A stretch of DNA of 64,000 nt from Polymyxa betae A26-41 (lineage: Eukaryota > Protista > Endomyxa: Phytomyxea), in contig RBZT01000753.1 of assembly GCA_003693705.1 (NCBI GenBank), positions 1 through 64,000 of the forward strand, written 5' to 3'. The position numbers were made by a program, and so were the translations under genes. This document shows positions 28,511-43,617 of this stretch, one piece after another (positions within the stretch are counted from its first letter, which is position 1; each line of letters starts with the position of its first letter). The notes under the pieces were generated by a model, which saw nothing but the letters and a program-made list of their open reading frames with translations, ran no database searches and was not told the origin of the DNA.

Positions 28511-28843
28511 GATTATTCTTATCTGAGCCACTTAGTAGGCCGACGTCCGTTTTTAGAGACGTCGACTGTGCTTCACTCTGTTTAATAAACAATAAACCTT
28601 TTTATGTAGAGTTTTTATTTTCCATTCACCATGCAAGCTAGGACTATCGTAAATGGATATCTTTCATTGCGAATATGATGCTGGTCGATGCGACATCTGA
28701 TCATTCGTTTACCGAAGCCCAATAGGCTGTGTGAACTCTTCGACGGTAACATTACAGCCTCGCAAGGTGACCGTAGTTGGGCCTGGTCTGGGGTCTTAGT
28801 CACCCTATCAGACTGGGCTCTTGGGGTCTGTCTAGAACCTATC

Positions 28844-30478
28844 ATGGGGTTTTACGTCACCGACGAGACTCGTGATTCATTGCTTAATTATCGATACCAT
28901 GGCGAGGTTCGAACCTGGCGTCTTGGCCACGCTGCTTGTTTCATGATTCTCGCTAGGATCGCTCGCTGCTGTATAAGTATGTGCTCAGTCCGATGGCGGT
29001 ACGCCTAGTAGAGTTTATTCCATTATGGGTTGCTCCCAATGTCATTGTAAGCACATCCAGTTCTTCATAATCGTGCATAATCATTAACACTGATCTTCAG
29101 AGCGTTTTCGGTCTAAGCTTGTTAGTTATTGCTTCTGCCGTGACGTATCTGCACAGTCCTGGTCTAAATTGCGCTTTGCCTGACTCTGTTTATAAGCTTT
29201 GTGCATTGTCTATATTCCTTTACCAGACCTTGTATGAAATGATGTGGTTTCATTTCCCAAACTGACAAGTTTCTAGAGATAATCTTGATGGCAAACAGGC
29301 GAGGAGGATTGGGAATTCGACGCCTTTTGGGTTATTAATCGACCATGGTGTCGATGCTCTAGCAGTCACCATAACGACTCTGATTGTAATTTGTTCAACC
29401 TTCTCTTTTAGTATGATCGATTGACAAGGAAAAGATGGGTGCTGTTTTTCAAACTGGACCTGGTATCCCCCTATTGACGTTATGGCTAATGGGCATGATC
29501 CCTTTTACGTTTGCAACTTGGGAGGAGTCAGTAGCATTCTTGTACCATCTTTCGTAGGGCTTATAATCTTATCCCTAGGTATCACACCGGCAGTCTCGTT
29601 CTGGGGATTCTAAATGGTGCAAGGTATTCCGCAGGCAATCTCTTTTTTACAATATTCTGAATGATCCAAAGTGATGGGTTAGCACTCGCGGTGCTTTGCT
29701 GTCTCCTGCCTGTATTCTTTGGTGACAAAGTCGTTATTTTACAGAGATCTGTCCTGACGTCGTTTTAGGAGCTGAGTTTTGGATAACTCCAATACTCAGT
29801 CCAGAAGCACTCTCGTCCGATTGGGCTTGGATTGGTGCGCTTCATCGCAACAAGATTGTGATTCTGCTGTTAATTATTGGTCTCATTCCAACCGTGATAA
29901 TGAATATGAACAACGTAATCCGCTCTCGAAGAGCGAATTCAAAATCTGTTCTTGGGCCATTCAAAACACTGGGGCCTTTCGTTATTTTGGTCTCGGCGTC
30001 ATTTGTGTGGTTCTTTTATTCACCCAGCAAAGTTCAGACGACAAATCCACGATGGTGCCTTTTTACTATCGGATTCGTCTTTGGAAACATTGCTTGTAAG
30101 AAGCATTTCTGCTCCCAATACTATTTTATTCGCTTCGTGCTTACTTCCAAGTGTTCTCATTTTTTTACTATCGTTTGAGTTATGTTTTGAAGAGTGGATC
30201 TCGGTCAGATTTTTTGACGACATCGTCTAGGCAAATTAATGCTGGCTCATGTGGGAAATCATAATTACCGTGTGAAGCGGTACTCGTTGTTTCCTGTTGT
30301 TGTGGCCGCTATCAACTCGCTGCTTGGAGCTCCAATCAATGAGGTTGCAATCACGATTGTCACATTGGTCACTGCGGTTGCTTGCTGGCTTCATTTTGTT
30401 GTTATCGCTGGATGGGAGATGACTGAAATACTTGGCATTCGGGTGTTTTTTGTTAAACCACTAGCGAAAGCTTGCTGA
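28844..30478 (+). CDS. Choline/ethanolamine phosphotransferase (CDP-alcohol phosphatidyltransferase), multi-exon
   Basis: YRYHGE|DRSLLYKY, PLWVAPNVI, and CDP-alcohol motif DNLDGKQARRIGNSTPFGLLIDHGVD; many TM helices. Confidence 0.9.
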
Positions 30479-30741
30479 AGATAAATCCTGCAGCATCTCA
30501 CTTGTAAAAATACACAATTTAGTAAACCCTGCAAACATGTAAAAGCCTCCCCAACGAGGAGAATAGGGCCTGCAGCGCTTATTTTGTTCGTTAATGGGGA
30601 GCGATGTCTGCAAGCTACTCTCTAGAAAAGATAATCTCAGCAACCACTATTCGATTTAACAGGTTATGTTACATCCTGCTCATTGTGTAAATCAAACATG
30701 CCAAAGGGATTATCATGATAGCTGCAATGTACAATAATTTT

Positions 30742-32789
30742 TTATCGGGATTTCCGAGCCTTTTTCGTGGCGCTGGCTAAAACCGAGGCGTTATCGAAAC
30801 TGGCTTGAAGGCCGGTCATTGATTTTGATTGTGCCTCAGATCTGGGTGTCCTCAAACGCGATGTTCGTTGTGGCATTGATTGGACGGCATGCTTCGGTGC
30901 CGGCGTATCATCGGCTAATGATAGAAACGCCTTATTACGCGATCGTGTCGTCGTTTTCGCATTTGAGATTGTCTTAATAGCGCTAGCTGATGATGATGAG
31001 GAGGACGACGACGATGACACCGCTTGTGATGCCGCCGTCTTCGTTGCCGAATGCTTCAGCGCTTGTCGTTGTCGTCCAGTCGCTAACGAGGTCAACAGCT
31101 CCGGTTGCCGTTTCGAGGAAACGACCTCGCGAAATTTCGTGAATTCAACGGGCGCCGACGCCGCTTCCGAATCTGACGACGACGATACCACACTGGATTC
31201 GTCATCGTCATCGCTCGATGATACAACGCTTGACTCGATATCGTCCGCGACCTTTGACTTTTCCGTTGGAGTTTTGGACTGTTCTTTGGCGACTTCAAAT
31301 TCATCAGCTGCATTGTTCTCATTGCTCAAAGAAGACGCTTTCGTCGTATCAGCTTCAGTTTTTTGATTTGCCTCTTCGACTTCATCCTCATCGCTGGAAA
31401 GCACCACGCTCGATATGACGTCATCTTCTTCTTCAGCTAAGGCGATATTCGGAGGTGTGTCCTTTCCGACTTCACTCTGTTCATCTCCATCATCATTGCT
31501 TGACGAGGCGACGCTCGGAACATCATCATCGTCATCATCTTTTACTGAGGCTTCTGCAGGAGCTTTCTGAAGTGTGTTTTGGACAACCTCATTCTGTTCG
31601 TCACCATCGTCATCATCGTCGCTCGAGGACGATACAACACTCGACTCGGCGTCGGATTCAGCAGACTGCTCACAATCTTCAGTTTTGTCAACTTGCTCTT
31701 GTTCATCATCAGATGACGACCAATCGCTTGCAGACGAAGGAACGCGATCCGGCGCCGGAACGTTATCAATAGCAGCGTCGTTTGCCTTTTCCAAAGCAGC
31801 ATCGCCTTTCGTAGCTTTGGCATCCTGAACGCTGGTTGACTCCTCTTCGTTATTATCAGACGAGCTGCTGACCAAGCAGGATTCATCGGAAGAAGAGCTG
31901 CCGTCGTTAGATTCTTGATGCGGCGGCGCAGCTTGAGCTGTAGCAGTTGGCTGAGCAGCATCCATTGGCGCCTGTTCTATCGCCTTAATGGGCGCCGGGT
32001 CGGCATCGGGCTCATTTCTGATAGTAGCGCCATCGGCGGCCCGATTGGAGCCGTTCTCGCCATTGATGCCATCGGAGCTGCGTTCAATGAGTACTGCCGA
32101 AGAGATCGCGGCATCAGCACGGTTGGTCTCATCGACAGACGGCTCGGCAGTGATTCGAGCGGCGATCGATGACGACAGATCGGTGGTGGGGCGTGTGACA
32201 GGATCGAGCGCGCTCTCAACAACTGCAAAACAAACGATCAGTTTCGCTCCAAATCCATTGAAAACCCGTTCTAACACAGAAAAGCCAAACGTGAAAAGAA
32301 AGAGACAGCGAGAGGTCGGTCGTCCCATCGCCGCCATAATATAGAGAGCCTATAATCGCCCTAATCAATGAGACTATGGCTAAAACTGAATCATGTTGAA
32401 AAACGCCCGTTTGAGGCGGCCAGAAACAAAACCCTTTTGTTTACGTTACCATGGCGGCCATTCCCATCGCTGATTGCATGACGAGGTCTCTTCGGTGGTT
32501 GCAGCGGTACGAGCGGCGATGGGCGCCCGTTCTGGATCGAGCGCGATTGCACGTAGCAGCGGTCGCGATCGTCGAACACCTCGAGGATGAAATCGTCCGG
32601 GTCGATATCGTACCCGTACTGGTCGCGCAGGGAGCGGACGACGGGCGGCCCTTCGTTGTAGAGGACGCTGGCCTTGGTGGCGATAGCCCAGGCGAGATCA
32701 GCGACACGGTCGCCATCGCGTGCGATCTGCAGGAACTTGCGACCCGAAGGCAGATGGACTTGAATCCGACGCCTGGAACCTTCGGCCAT
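30742..32789 (-). CDS. Net1/Tof2/Dnt1-like N-terminal domain protein with long Ser/Asp/Glu-rich tail (probable nucleolar)
   Basis: RKFLQI...LY...SLRDQYGYDIDPDDFILEVFD resembles the Cdc14-binding N-terminal domain; SSSSDD-type repeats; basic C-terminus KKARKSR; intron ~32225-32448. Confidence 0.6.
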
Positions 32790-33104
32790 CGCTCTTATTC
32801 GTATTTATTAACGGAAATGTCCCGGAAGACAATTCAAAATGTGTGCAGTATCCGCACTGATCAATCGATGTTTATTGATCAATAGAAACCCTAAACCCTA
32901 GATCTTAGATTCTAAGTAACGCTCTTCATTTTTGCTTCAAAGACGCGGGCTTCATGTGAACTATCTTCTGAATTCGTCGAAAAACAATCAAACGCATTTG
33001 TGCTCTGTTTGTATTTATAAACCGGCTTCAGCCTGATAACAGGTTGAAAAATTTGAGATTTTGAAACAGGGTTTGGTGGCCATAAGATCTTATCCAATTC
33101 GTAT

Positions 33105-33872
33105 TCAGAAGATGACACCAGCACGAACCATTTCGCAAGCGAACTGCAAAAAAGTTGACGATTTGAGCTCAAGAGCAGACGATTTCGATTACGTACCTTG
33201 GTCTCTGGGCAGGTGATGTTCGGCTTGCGTTTGACGACCTCATCGGGTCCCGGCTTGTGCCAACCCGTCTGCTGGGACGTCAGAATCGGGGCCCGGAATC
33301 TGTGCTGCGGTGCGAATCGTGGCCGACGGTTACGATAGCGATCTGCAGCCAGCGCTTTCTGGCTCTGATATTCGACCTGGATAACCATCAAATAATCATC
33401 AGATAACAAAAATAACTGTCGCTTTGCGAAACAGAAAATATGGATGGTGATACGCTTATTAAATTGTACGAGACTAACCAATGAAGACTCGGCTATCTGT
33501 CTTGCCTGGCCTTGAACATGCTCGACAGCTGCCTCCCAATCGTTACTGTCAATATCGGCCTGCAACAGATCGCTCGGTCAGGTTGGAGAACGAACAAAGG
33601 AGGTATGAACAGCGTACGCTGCCGTGGAGATGCTGCAAGAGGAGATCGATCTCAGCTGGAGATGGCTCCAGGCCATAGACAATGCACAACAGACGCCGGA
33701 TCGCGTCGTAATTGACCGGCAGACGACCATCAACAGAGAGCCGGTACGATCGGCGCACGGCGTCGAATGCCGGACGGAGACGGTCTGCGGGGACCTGGGC
33801 CAGGTTGACGGCCCGCAGGCTCTGCGACTGAAATGGGTTCTGCGGTCCCAGGCAGGTCAGCCCGAAAAACAT
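33105..33872 (-). CDS. TEX49/SPMIP11-like axonemal microtubule inner protein, multi-exon
   Basis: N-terminal MFFGLTCLGPQNPF and C-terminal PQHRFRAPILTSQQTGW...CPETK|FASEM resemble the TEX49/SPMIP11 family, recognised from memory. Confidence 0.6.
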
Positions 33873-34067
33873 CGCTGTTCGCTGCAGTACTGGCCCAGCA
33901 CACCGGGAGCCGCACCTTCGTCGAATGTCGAACAGCCTGACCGTACCGGCCCGATCTGGTAGCATCCAGGGGCAGAATCTGCCCCGGGCCCAGCTTCATG
34001 ATTTCCGGAGACCGTTCGAGGTCCCTGGTGGGCGTACCGGCCCCCGCCAGCCTTCACGGATATCCAC

Positions 34068-34811
34068 ATGATGAGGATCCGCAGCGGTCTGAGACTGTCG
34101 AGGAGAGCGGGGTCGACGGCAACGCCGGTCCGATATGGAGCCTGCGACCCATTCCAGCAAGGAGGACGGCCGCTGCCTCGGCTTCAGGTCCAGCGTCTGG
34201 CCGCGACGTTGCCGTGCTGGACCGTCGCCGCTGATGATCGATGTCTCTGGCGCCGGCTTGTGCTATCAACGGCGCCGCAGACGCAGGAGTTCCTTCGTAA
34301 AGTTTTCAACATCTGCGAGAATGGTCGTGCTGTGTTTGTTTTGACTTTTGATATGTTGTCCTCTGATATGTCATTGCATGATTTCGAACTTCGTACGTTA
34401 CCTTCAGTTTCACCTGCTGATTTCAAGTGTGCTTATTGAACGTTGTCGTTGACGCATTCTGTGTCTTCAGATGGGCACCCGGTAGCTTCCATGGAGGTGT
34501 TTTCTGCCGATAATGCTGTCGAAATCACGCTGCGAACCGAGGCGCTACAAGGGCTTAGCGTTCGTATTTCGATTTGTTCCCTATCTGGATCACTAAGATG
34601 GCTTACAGTGGAACGATTTCCAGCTGGGCATGAAGATCGATGGCCTGTTGGTGGGCCAGCTCGACAATCGCGGCTGAAGTTTTTTCCCACTTTTCTGTTA
34701 AAGTCATCGTTGTTTATCATCACGAAACATTCAGCATTACATTTGACAGTAATTTTGATAGATTTTGAGATATTCGAAGTTGGATTAGAATGGATTGATA
34801 TATCGAGCTAA
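34068..34811 (+). CDS. Pterin-4a-carbinolamine dehydratase-like protein with probable mitochondrial transit peptide, multi-exon (3' end uncertain)
   Basis: Arg-rich N-terminus; C.P...G.PL...LPCW...L.R...EFLRKV..ICEN|DGHP...VEITLRTE..QGL..NDFQLGMKID follows the PCD/PhhB pattern. Confidence 0.6.
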
Positions 34812-36630
34812 GGCGATCTGCCATCGGAAACACATGGGCCATGATCGCTGCATAACTTCTGGCGGCGACTCGTTCCGAACTATGGCGATAAATTCCTGCA
34901 GAAACGGGTCGTATCCAGCCATGGAATCTTCCAGGATGAGATCTGTGTGCGTTTTGCCTTTGTAGATCCGCAACCTGACATCGACGACGACTCTTTTTAA
35001 GGCACTGCAAAACTCCAAACTGGATGAGACAGGCACTGTTCGATCAGCATCTCCTGAAATTAGTGAAGTTAGGAGAATCAGATCTTAAAGTTGTTTGAAA
35101 TACACACTGCTTCGATGAAACAATCCAGATTAAACACGTCAATTTGTAAACATAAAAAATGTCAATCGAAGTCAGATTGAAAGCAATGAAATAACAAACG
35201 TTGACAACCATGAAAGAGGATAACCTCTGGGAATTCCCCCAGAGGCGTCTTCTGATGATCGTGGTCATTTAAGGCGCAGGTCGGTGACCACATGACCAGA
35301 TTCCGGCCCATTATTTTTCGCAAGACACGTTTATATAGACCTCGTCCATGCAAATGCTGACAGACGGCTTCCAGGTCGTACGGGCCCGCTATCCCTGCAC
35401 AGCACTCAGTAATGACCCGCTCAACCGAACTATTTTCCAGAAGAACAGAAGAAGGTACTTGGAGAGGTCGAGATTAAAGTTATAGTGATAATCAGAGCGA
35501 ACGAAAATGACGACAAATACCAATAAAGCGTCTAAGCTGGGACGGTCTCCAGGCAACTCTGGGCTCGGCCCTTTCCCATTTACATTGCTGAACGAGAGCG
35601 ACAGCGGCAATATGTGCTCCGGCCGACTATGTTCTCATCAGCATTCGAGGCATCGTTCTCGGTACAGACACAACTATACCTGCCCACAAAGCGTGATGTT
35701 GGTCGTGTCGCCATCATACGAGGCGATGTTGTCGAAGACGAAGGAGATGGCATTATCGGCATCGACCAGCATGTCAATGATTCGACCTGGCAGAGGTTAG
35801 CACACTTAGGCCAACAACATCGTCGGATGAAGACCTTGCGGAAAGTTCCTATTCAAGCAAATTTTGAACGCTGCCAGACAGAAAACAGAGATCGGACCTG
35901 TAATCAATCGAGACGAACACAATGCCCTTGCGTGCCATCTCCCAGCCCATAATACTGGCCCACGCTCGATGTCCGATGATCCAGGCACCACCTACAACGA
36001 GCTGTTGGGGCGTGCTCGGCCCAGGCAGAGCGAAAGGATCAGTATACCGGGGAAAAAGACGACGACGGGCCATCCCGCCTCTGGCCTCAGGGTCGTATCG
36101 GTCGGCAGGTAGATATCGAGAAAGCTTCGAGCATGAATTCCATAACGAATCCCGCGCCTGATATTTGGAGCCATGAGATATCTGCCGAACATGATGGTGA
36201 AGGCTGGTAATAGGAGGATTACGAAGACCACCAATCGGAAGGTGCCCATCATCCCTATAGAAGCGCCATTTAGAAACGAATTCGGAACGCGCACCCTGCG
36301 CTAACATTTCCAGCCGAAACCGAATAGTCGCAGAAGGATCACCGTCAGACGCGTAATCAGGACAGCGTCGTCGGCGAAGATCTCCGTGAATGTCTTGCTT
36401 GGACGTACCAGTCCATCGCGTTCCAGGGCCGCCTGGTCGCTGTAAACGATGTCGTCATCTGGCGACCACGGCGACTCCATTTTTTGGGCGGCCTGCACCC
36501 GGACAAACCGAGAAAACTGGCCGAATTGATCACCGATGGCCCGCACCCAGCGACTTCGCCTGCTGGGACGGTACGATCGGCCCGCAGCGGCCAGACGCGT
36601 CAGCAGTGCATTGGGTGAGGAAGAGGGCAT
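34785..36630 (-). CDS. Isoprenylcysteine alpha-carbonyl methylesterase (ICME)-like alpha/beta hydrolase, multi-exon
   Basis: LDIYLP, PVVVFF.|GGAWIIGHRAW, IDYR|NFPQG, FVGQ|SAGAH, HGRGLY and YKGKTHTDLILED. Confidence 0.88.
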
Positions 36631-37361
36631 GCCGGCACAGGAGAAATATTGTATGAATTGCCGCCCCCGATTGGCGAATAGCATGGCGTCGGACGTTCAG
36701 GAATGTGATGTATTAGGTAGATGTTGTTCCAGCAGGAAGGCAATGTTGGTTGAAATAGCGGTGATGTGAGCGAGAATCAAGATGAGAATGATCAGATCGA
36801 GATCGGAGCTGAAATTGCTTTATAATATGGCGTTTGCGAAGTGGCTTATGACGATTTCTATGCGATGAAGATGCTGATTTGATTCTGAAAGAATAAATCG
36901 AGGGTTCACGCTCGGCTCCGGTATTCTCTATTAGTTTAAGGGTGTCGGGCGAAGGAATACCGTAATGAAATCTAGCGAACTTTCTTCGAGAACAAAATGT
37001 CAACGATGAAATTATCGTACGATAAGAAAGGAATCTTATAATATACAAGCGAGGCACAACTGGCGGCGCCTAATGCGACGACATCACTGTTTGTTCTCGA
37101 CGGAGCAACTGAAAACCATCGTGCAATGAATAGGTATGTAGGTGATGCCAAAAAATCGAATTGCGACGATGACGGCATGGGACCATGCTTCATCTTGTAA
37201 TGACGCCATCATCATGATGCAATCGTTTATGGAGTAATGTGTTATAATGTAAAATGAAATCAGGTCAATGGTATAATGTTACCAACCCACTTAAAGGAGG
37301 GTCGCGCCACACCTTCAAACGAAGATTGAAGATTCACGTCTTCTTTCTTGTTATTCCAGCA

Positions 37362-39587
<2,226 letters not shown>

Positions 39588-42500
39588 GCATCGCCCTCGT
39601 TATTTAAATATATTTTATCCACACAATTTACTCAACATCGTTGGGGTATTCTCACCTTTACGGTATTGCGTTAACGTGGTCGCCGTTTAGAATTTATCAT
39701 GTGGTAGCTAGTGGTTGATGAGGGCAGCGTCCCGAAGAGACGATCTGAGCAACCATATCTCAATTGCTGATTTGTGATAATTGAATTTTAAAGTACATTT
39801 GAGCATCGTCGCTCACTCTGTCCCCTGCTGCAATGTTGGAGAGTTTGCGCCATCAGTTTTTCAAAACTTTGTTGCGACTGTATTCGGGAAAATTTTCTAG
39901 ACGCGACGCGTCCAGAGGCTGCTCCAAACGCGCGAAAAAATTTCCGCTAATCTACCTACGGGTATATACGGTATATCCGCAGGCCTCCTTAACCCTGATC
40001 CGAAAAATAAATTTTCACCATCCGTAAATAATTCTTTCATTAGGTTCTTCATTGAAATATTCTTCTTCTTCTTCACTGACATGTATTATAGTGTATAATA
40101 TACACTTTTACGGAGTTCGCAATTTTTGCCCCCAAATCGTTAAAGTTTATATTTTGCGGATATCTCACCCTTCCCACTATGGGTCCCCCGACCTGACGAC
40201 CCAGTCTATTGGCGACCTTGCTGAAATATCCGTAAACACAAGTAAGAAAGTGCGTTTCCAAAATTTGTTGCGATCTGAGTTAGTTTGCGAGTTTTTGCGG
40301 AAGGTTTGCGATTTGCTGTTAGGTTCCTATCTCTTTGTCTGGCAGTGACAGTGGACCATGTCCAGAACTGTCGCTAACCGACAATTCTCTCGCGAGCCTC
40401 ATGGCCCAAGTTCGTCAAATGTGAGAATCGATTCTCCGAACCCACCTTCGTGCAAACGAAATCAGACATCGAAATCGTACAAGTTGAATTCAAGCAATGG
40501 TGTATTGATTATTTATTGCATTAATAAAGCATCATCTCACTAGCAATAAATTATATTCAATCGAAAGCTAACATTAGAAATGCTAACAGAAAAAGCCTTG
40601 AAAAATATAATGGGCAAATTTTCGATGAAACCTTGTTACCGAAACCGGTGTGGCAGGCCTCGCAAGAGACATGAGGATGCTGCTGGCTTTGATATCGCGA
40701 TGCATAATGTGAATTTGTTGCAGCTAGATGAGATAGAAAAGCGTCCATAAGAGATGAATGTGAAGCCGACAGGATGGCGAAAATTCGAAATCGATTAGGG
40801 TGATTGATGAGAGAGTTTGCAGTCGAACTATTGGGTGAAAGCGATCCAACAATGAATACTGTCCATTAAGCACCTAAGCAAACTGAATATATAATTCCAA
40901 CAACTTCAGAGCCGTTAGTTTGGGTCTCGCTGAGAATGAGCATTTCGCTCGCCTGTCTGCCTATGCACTTCATCATTGTACGATCGATGCTGTCCATTGC
41001 TGCAAACTCTGGTGCCGTTATGGTTTGCTGACTCAGTTCCAGCTCCATTTTAAAAAGAAAAAACCATGCACTACTGTATTAAAAAAGTATTCGCAAGTTG
41101 CCGATAGCCAAACCGCTCGCCGAATTTGGCCGTATGGTTTAGATATACGTATATTGATATGGGTGGCGACCTGCGCTGTACATATGTTGACATATTTACG
41201 GGCTGAGCCTATAAATATGCGCACATATTTGGGTCGCAGGTCGCAGGTCCTCACAGTGCCACGGAAAAAGAATGGCGACCTGGACCGTTTATATTATACA
41301 CAGGAAAATTGTCAACTTTGATAAATTCTATAAATTCAACTATTAATCTAGAGTCGATGAAATTTTGCAACCATATCCGGAATGACCCAAACCCTAGCCC
41401 GCAAAAAAGTTTGCGTGAAATTCGTATTCTGGACCTCGTCATTGCTTGCTGCCTTTCCTGACTGTTTTAATGGCGTCCCTGGAAGAGTTTTTCGATACAT
41501 ACGATGATACATCGTTCAATAATGGAAAGGCGATACTGAGGATGATCCCATACAGTGGAATCACGCTCAGCTGCTCAAATAGGCCAATTTTTTGTCTTAA
41601 CGAAGTCGCTGGATGGATGTTTTACGACGACGCTGTTCGTGATTTTCCAGCCGTTTCAGCAATGCCGAGGTTTACCTTTGATTTTATTGTGAACTGTTTT
41701 TTACTTGCTAACCTGTTTAATGCCGTTCGAGAGAGGTTACCATCAAGTAACGTTACCAGCCCTAAACCTTAAACCCCAAAAATGACATGAGGCTATTTAC
41801 GGAGCGATCGCTTGCGCCTCAAAGTGAGCGAACACGACGGCAGCGAAACAGTCCAGAACAGGACTCTTCTGCACAATCGCAGTCTCGAACTCGATGTCAA
41901 AGAGCTCATTAAACACTGTTCTCTTATAGTGTATATTATGCACTATAAGGCATTTCCCCTGTTGTTGCGTGGCCCCACAAACCCTAAACCCTACCCCACG
42001 ATTGCGAAGGCTCCCTTTGAGCTATCATAAAAATTTTTACATAGACATGTAGATAATTACAGGAGCAGCATCAATATAGTATTGATTGGGGTTCATGAGC
42101 TTCCTCAGAGGTTTCACAAATCGTTGAAAACGAAAAGTGGATTTTTCCTTATATAATCAGGCCACTTTAAATAGTGTCCTTGTATGGGACGCTCACTAAA
42201 TAACACTAAATAAATTTTGTGGCGAGCGCTAAATAAGCGCAGCCCAGTCCGTGGCGCAGATAGGTTTTGCGTGTGTTTCCCTTTCCTTTTCGACGTTTTG
42301 GGTGGGGAAATCATCATCTTTCGGATATCAGATTCAGATATGGGTGGTTACAAGCAGGGCCCTGCTTTCAGCAAGGATCATTGCACTGAATTCGGTCTGA
42401 AAATCACTGCCAGAGATCCTGAAAGCCAGCGTGTTATTTCTGTTCGCTGTGAATTTTGTGTTTATTCTGGGAGGGAAGAAAATGTTGGTGGGAAACGCAA

Positions 42501-43013
42501 GCGGACCACCAACGTCAAGTACTTTGAAAAGTTTCGGCCGCAATACTATAAACAGCATCTCATGCTACAACATCAATCTGATTGGGAACAGTATCAGCTA
42601 TGTTCTGTTGAGGAGAAGCGACAATATTTCGAGGGCAAACAGAATCTTCAGAATACCCTTCTTCGACATTTCGAAAATGAAGATACGCTACGGTTCCATG
42701 TAAACTGTGATATCGTTGATGTTATCATCGGAGATCTCTTTAATCCTGACGATGATGAAGTTGCTATGTCTAGAGAAAGAGCTTTAACTTTCTTCAAACG
42801 ATCTGATTCCCAAGATCATCAGCATTCTCAAGATCAGAGTTATACGGTCGAGATTAAATCGACGAAGTTATTTCGACTATCTATTCGATTTGTGGCTTCT
42901 GGAGCGACCTTTCGAATGGCTTCCCGTTTGATTTCTGACACCAAAGACGAAACTGGCTTGAGCTTCCTTGCTGGCTGCAACGAAGGCCGTATTTCCCAAT
43001 TCGTTAAAGTTGT

Positions 43014-43557
43014 AGTTGAAAACCAGAGTGTCATTTTCAGAACTCAAACCAAAAAATGACACATTATAGGGTCTTATAACGTGTCAATTTAGAATTTATT
43101 CTCAAAAATGACGCATTAAAAGACCTTTTAATAATGTGTCATTTTTTGGTTTGAGTTCTGAAAATGACACTCTGGTTTTCTACTCTGGGGCGTGATTTTT
43201 GAGTTCAATTTTCAAAAATGACAACAGATTAATCCGTCCAGTCTCATAGATTAATCCCTCGTTGAAATCAGATTTAAAAAATGACAATATATTACTATGA
43301 TATTTATTTATAATAATCCTTATATTTTCGTGCCAGGCAAGCGTGCCAGGCAAACCCCCTTTCGTGCCAGGCAACCCCCCTAAAATGCCAGGCAAGAATT
43401 CCGAAAATCGGCGAAAAATGCCATTTTCCCATACAAAAATGACCTCGTGCCAGGCAAAGCGCTCGTGCCAGGCAAAATCAGCGAAATCGCACAGAATAAA
43501 AAAATTTTATATCACTTCCACGTATTCATCAAAATATTAATCAAAATAAACCCACCG
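43014..43557 (+). repeat. Left terminal inverted repeat (171-bp terminal hairpin 43014-43184; ~9 AAAATGAC motifs; 6 TGCCAGGCAA motifs)
   Basis: Reverse complement of 45369-45931 with scattered substitutions and one ~20-bp indel near 43260. Confidence 0.93.
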
Positions 43558-43617
43558 CGACATAGATATTATTACGTTATTTGAGGAAAATGTTGAAAAT
43601 GATAAAATGATTAAAAT

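Noticed and set aside
3777-36630. Lipid-metabolism gene cluster (LPAAT, lipase, CEPT, ICME)
   Set aside because: The genes are interspersed with unrelated housekeeping genes; chance proximity in a compact genome.
30742-36769. Many overlapping antisense ORFs
   Set aside because: Shadow frames of GC-rich or low-complexity real genes.
39830-42100. Possible DNA-transposon remnants (weak Harbinger-like MPRFTFDFIV at ~41660; CxxC fragment at ~40660)
   Set aside because: No TIR pair, TSD or convincing catalytic motif could be established by eye.
43180-43540. ORFs 43180-43395, 43343-43540 and mirror 45377-45628 inside the TIRs
   Set aside because: They are by-products of the TGCCAGGCAA repeats and have alternative starts and different ends in the two TIR copies.
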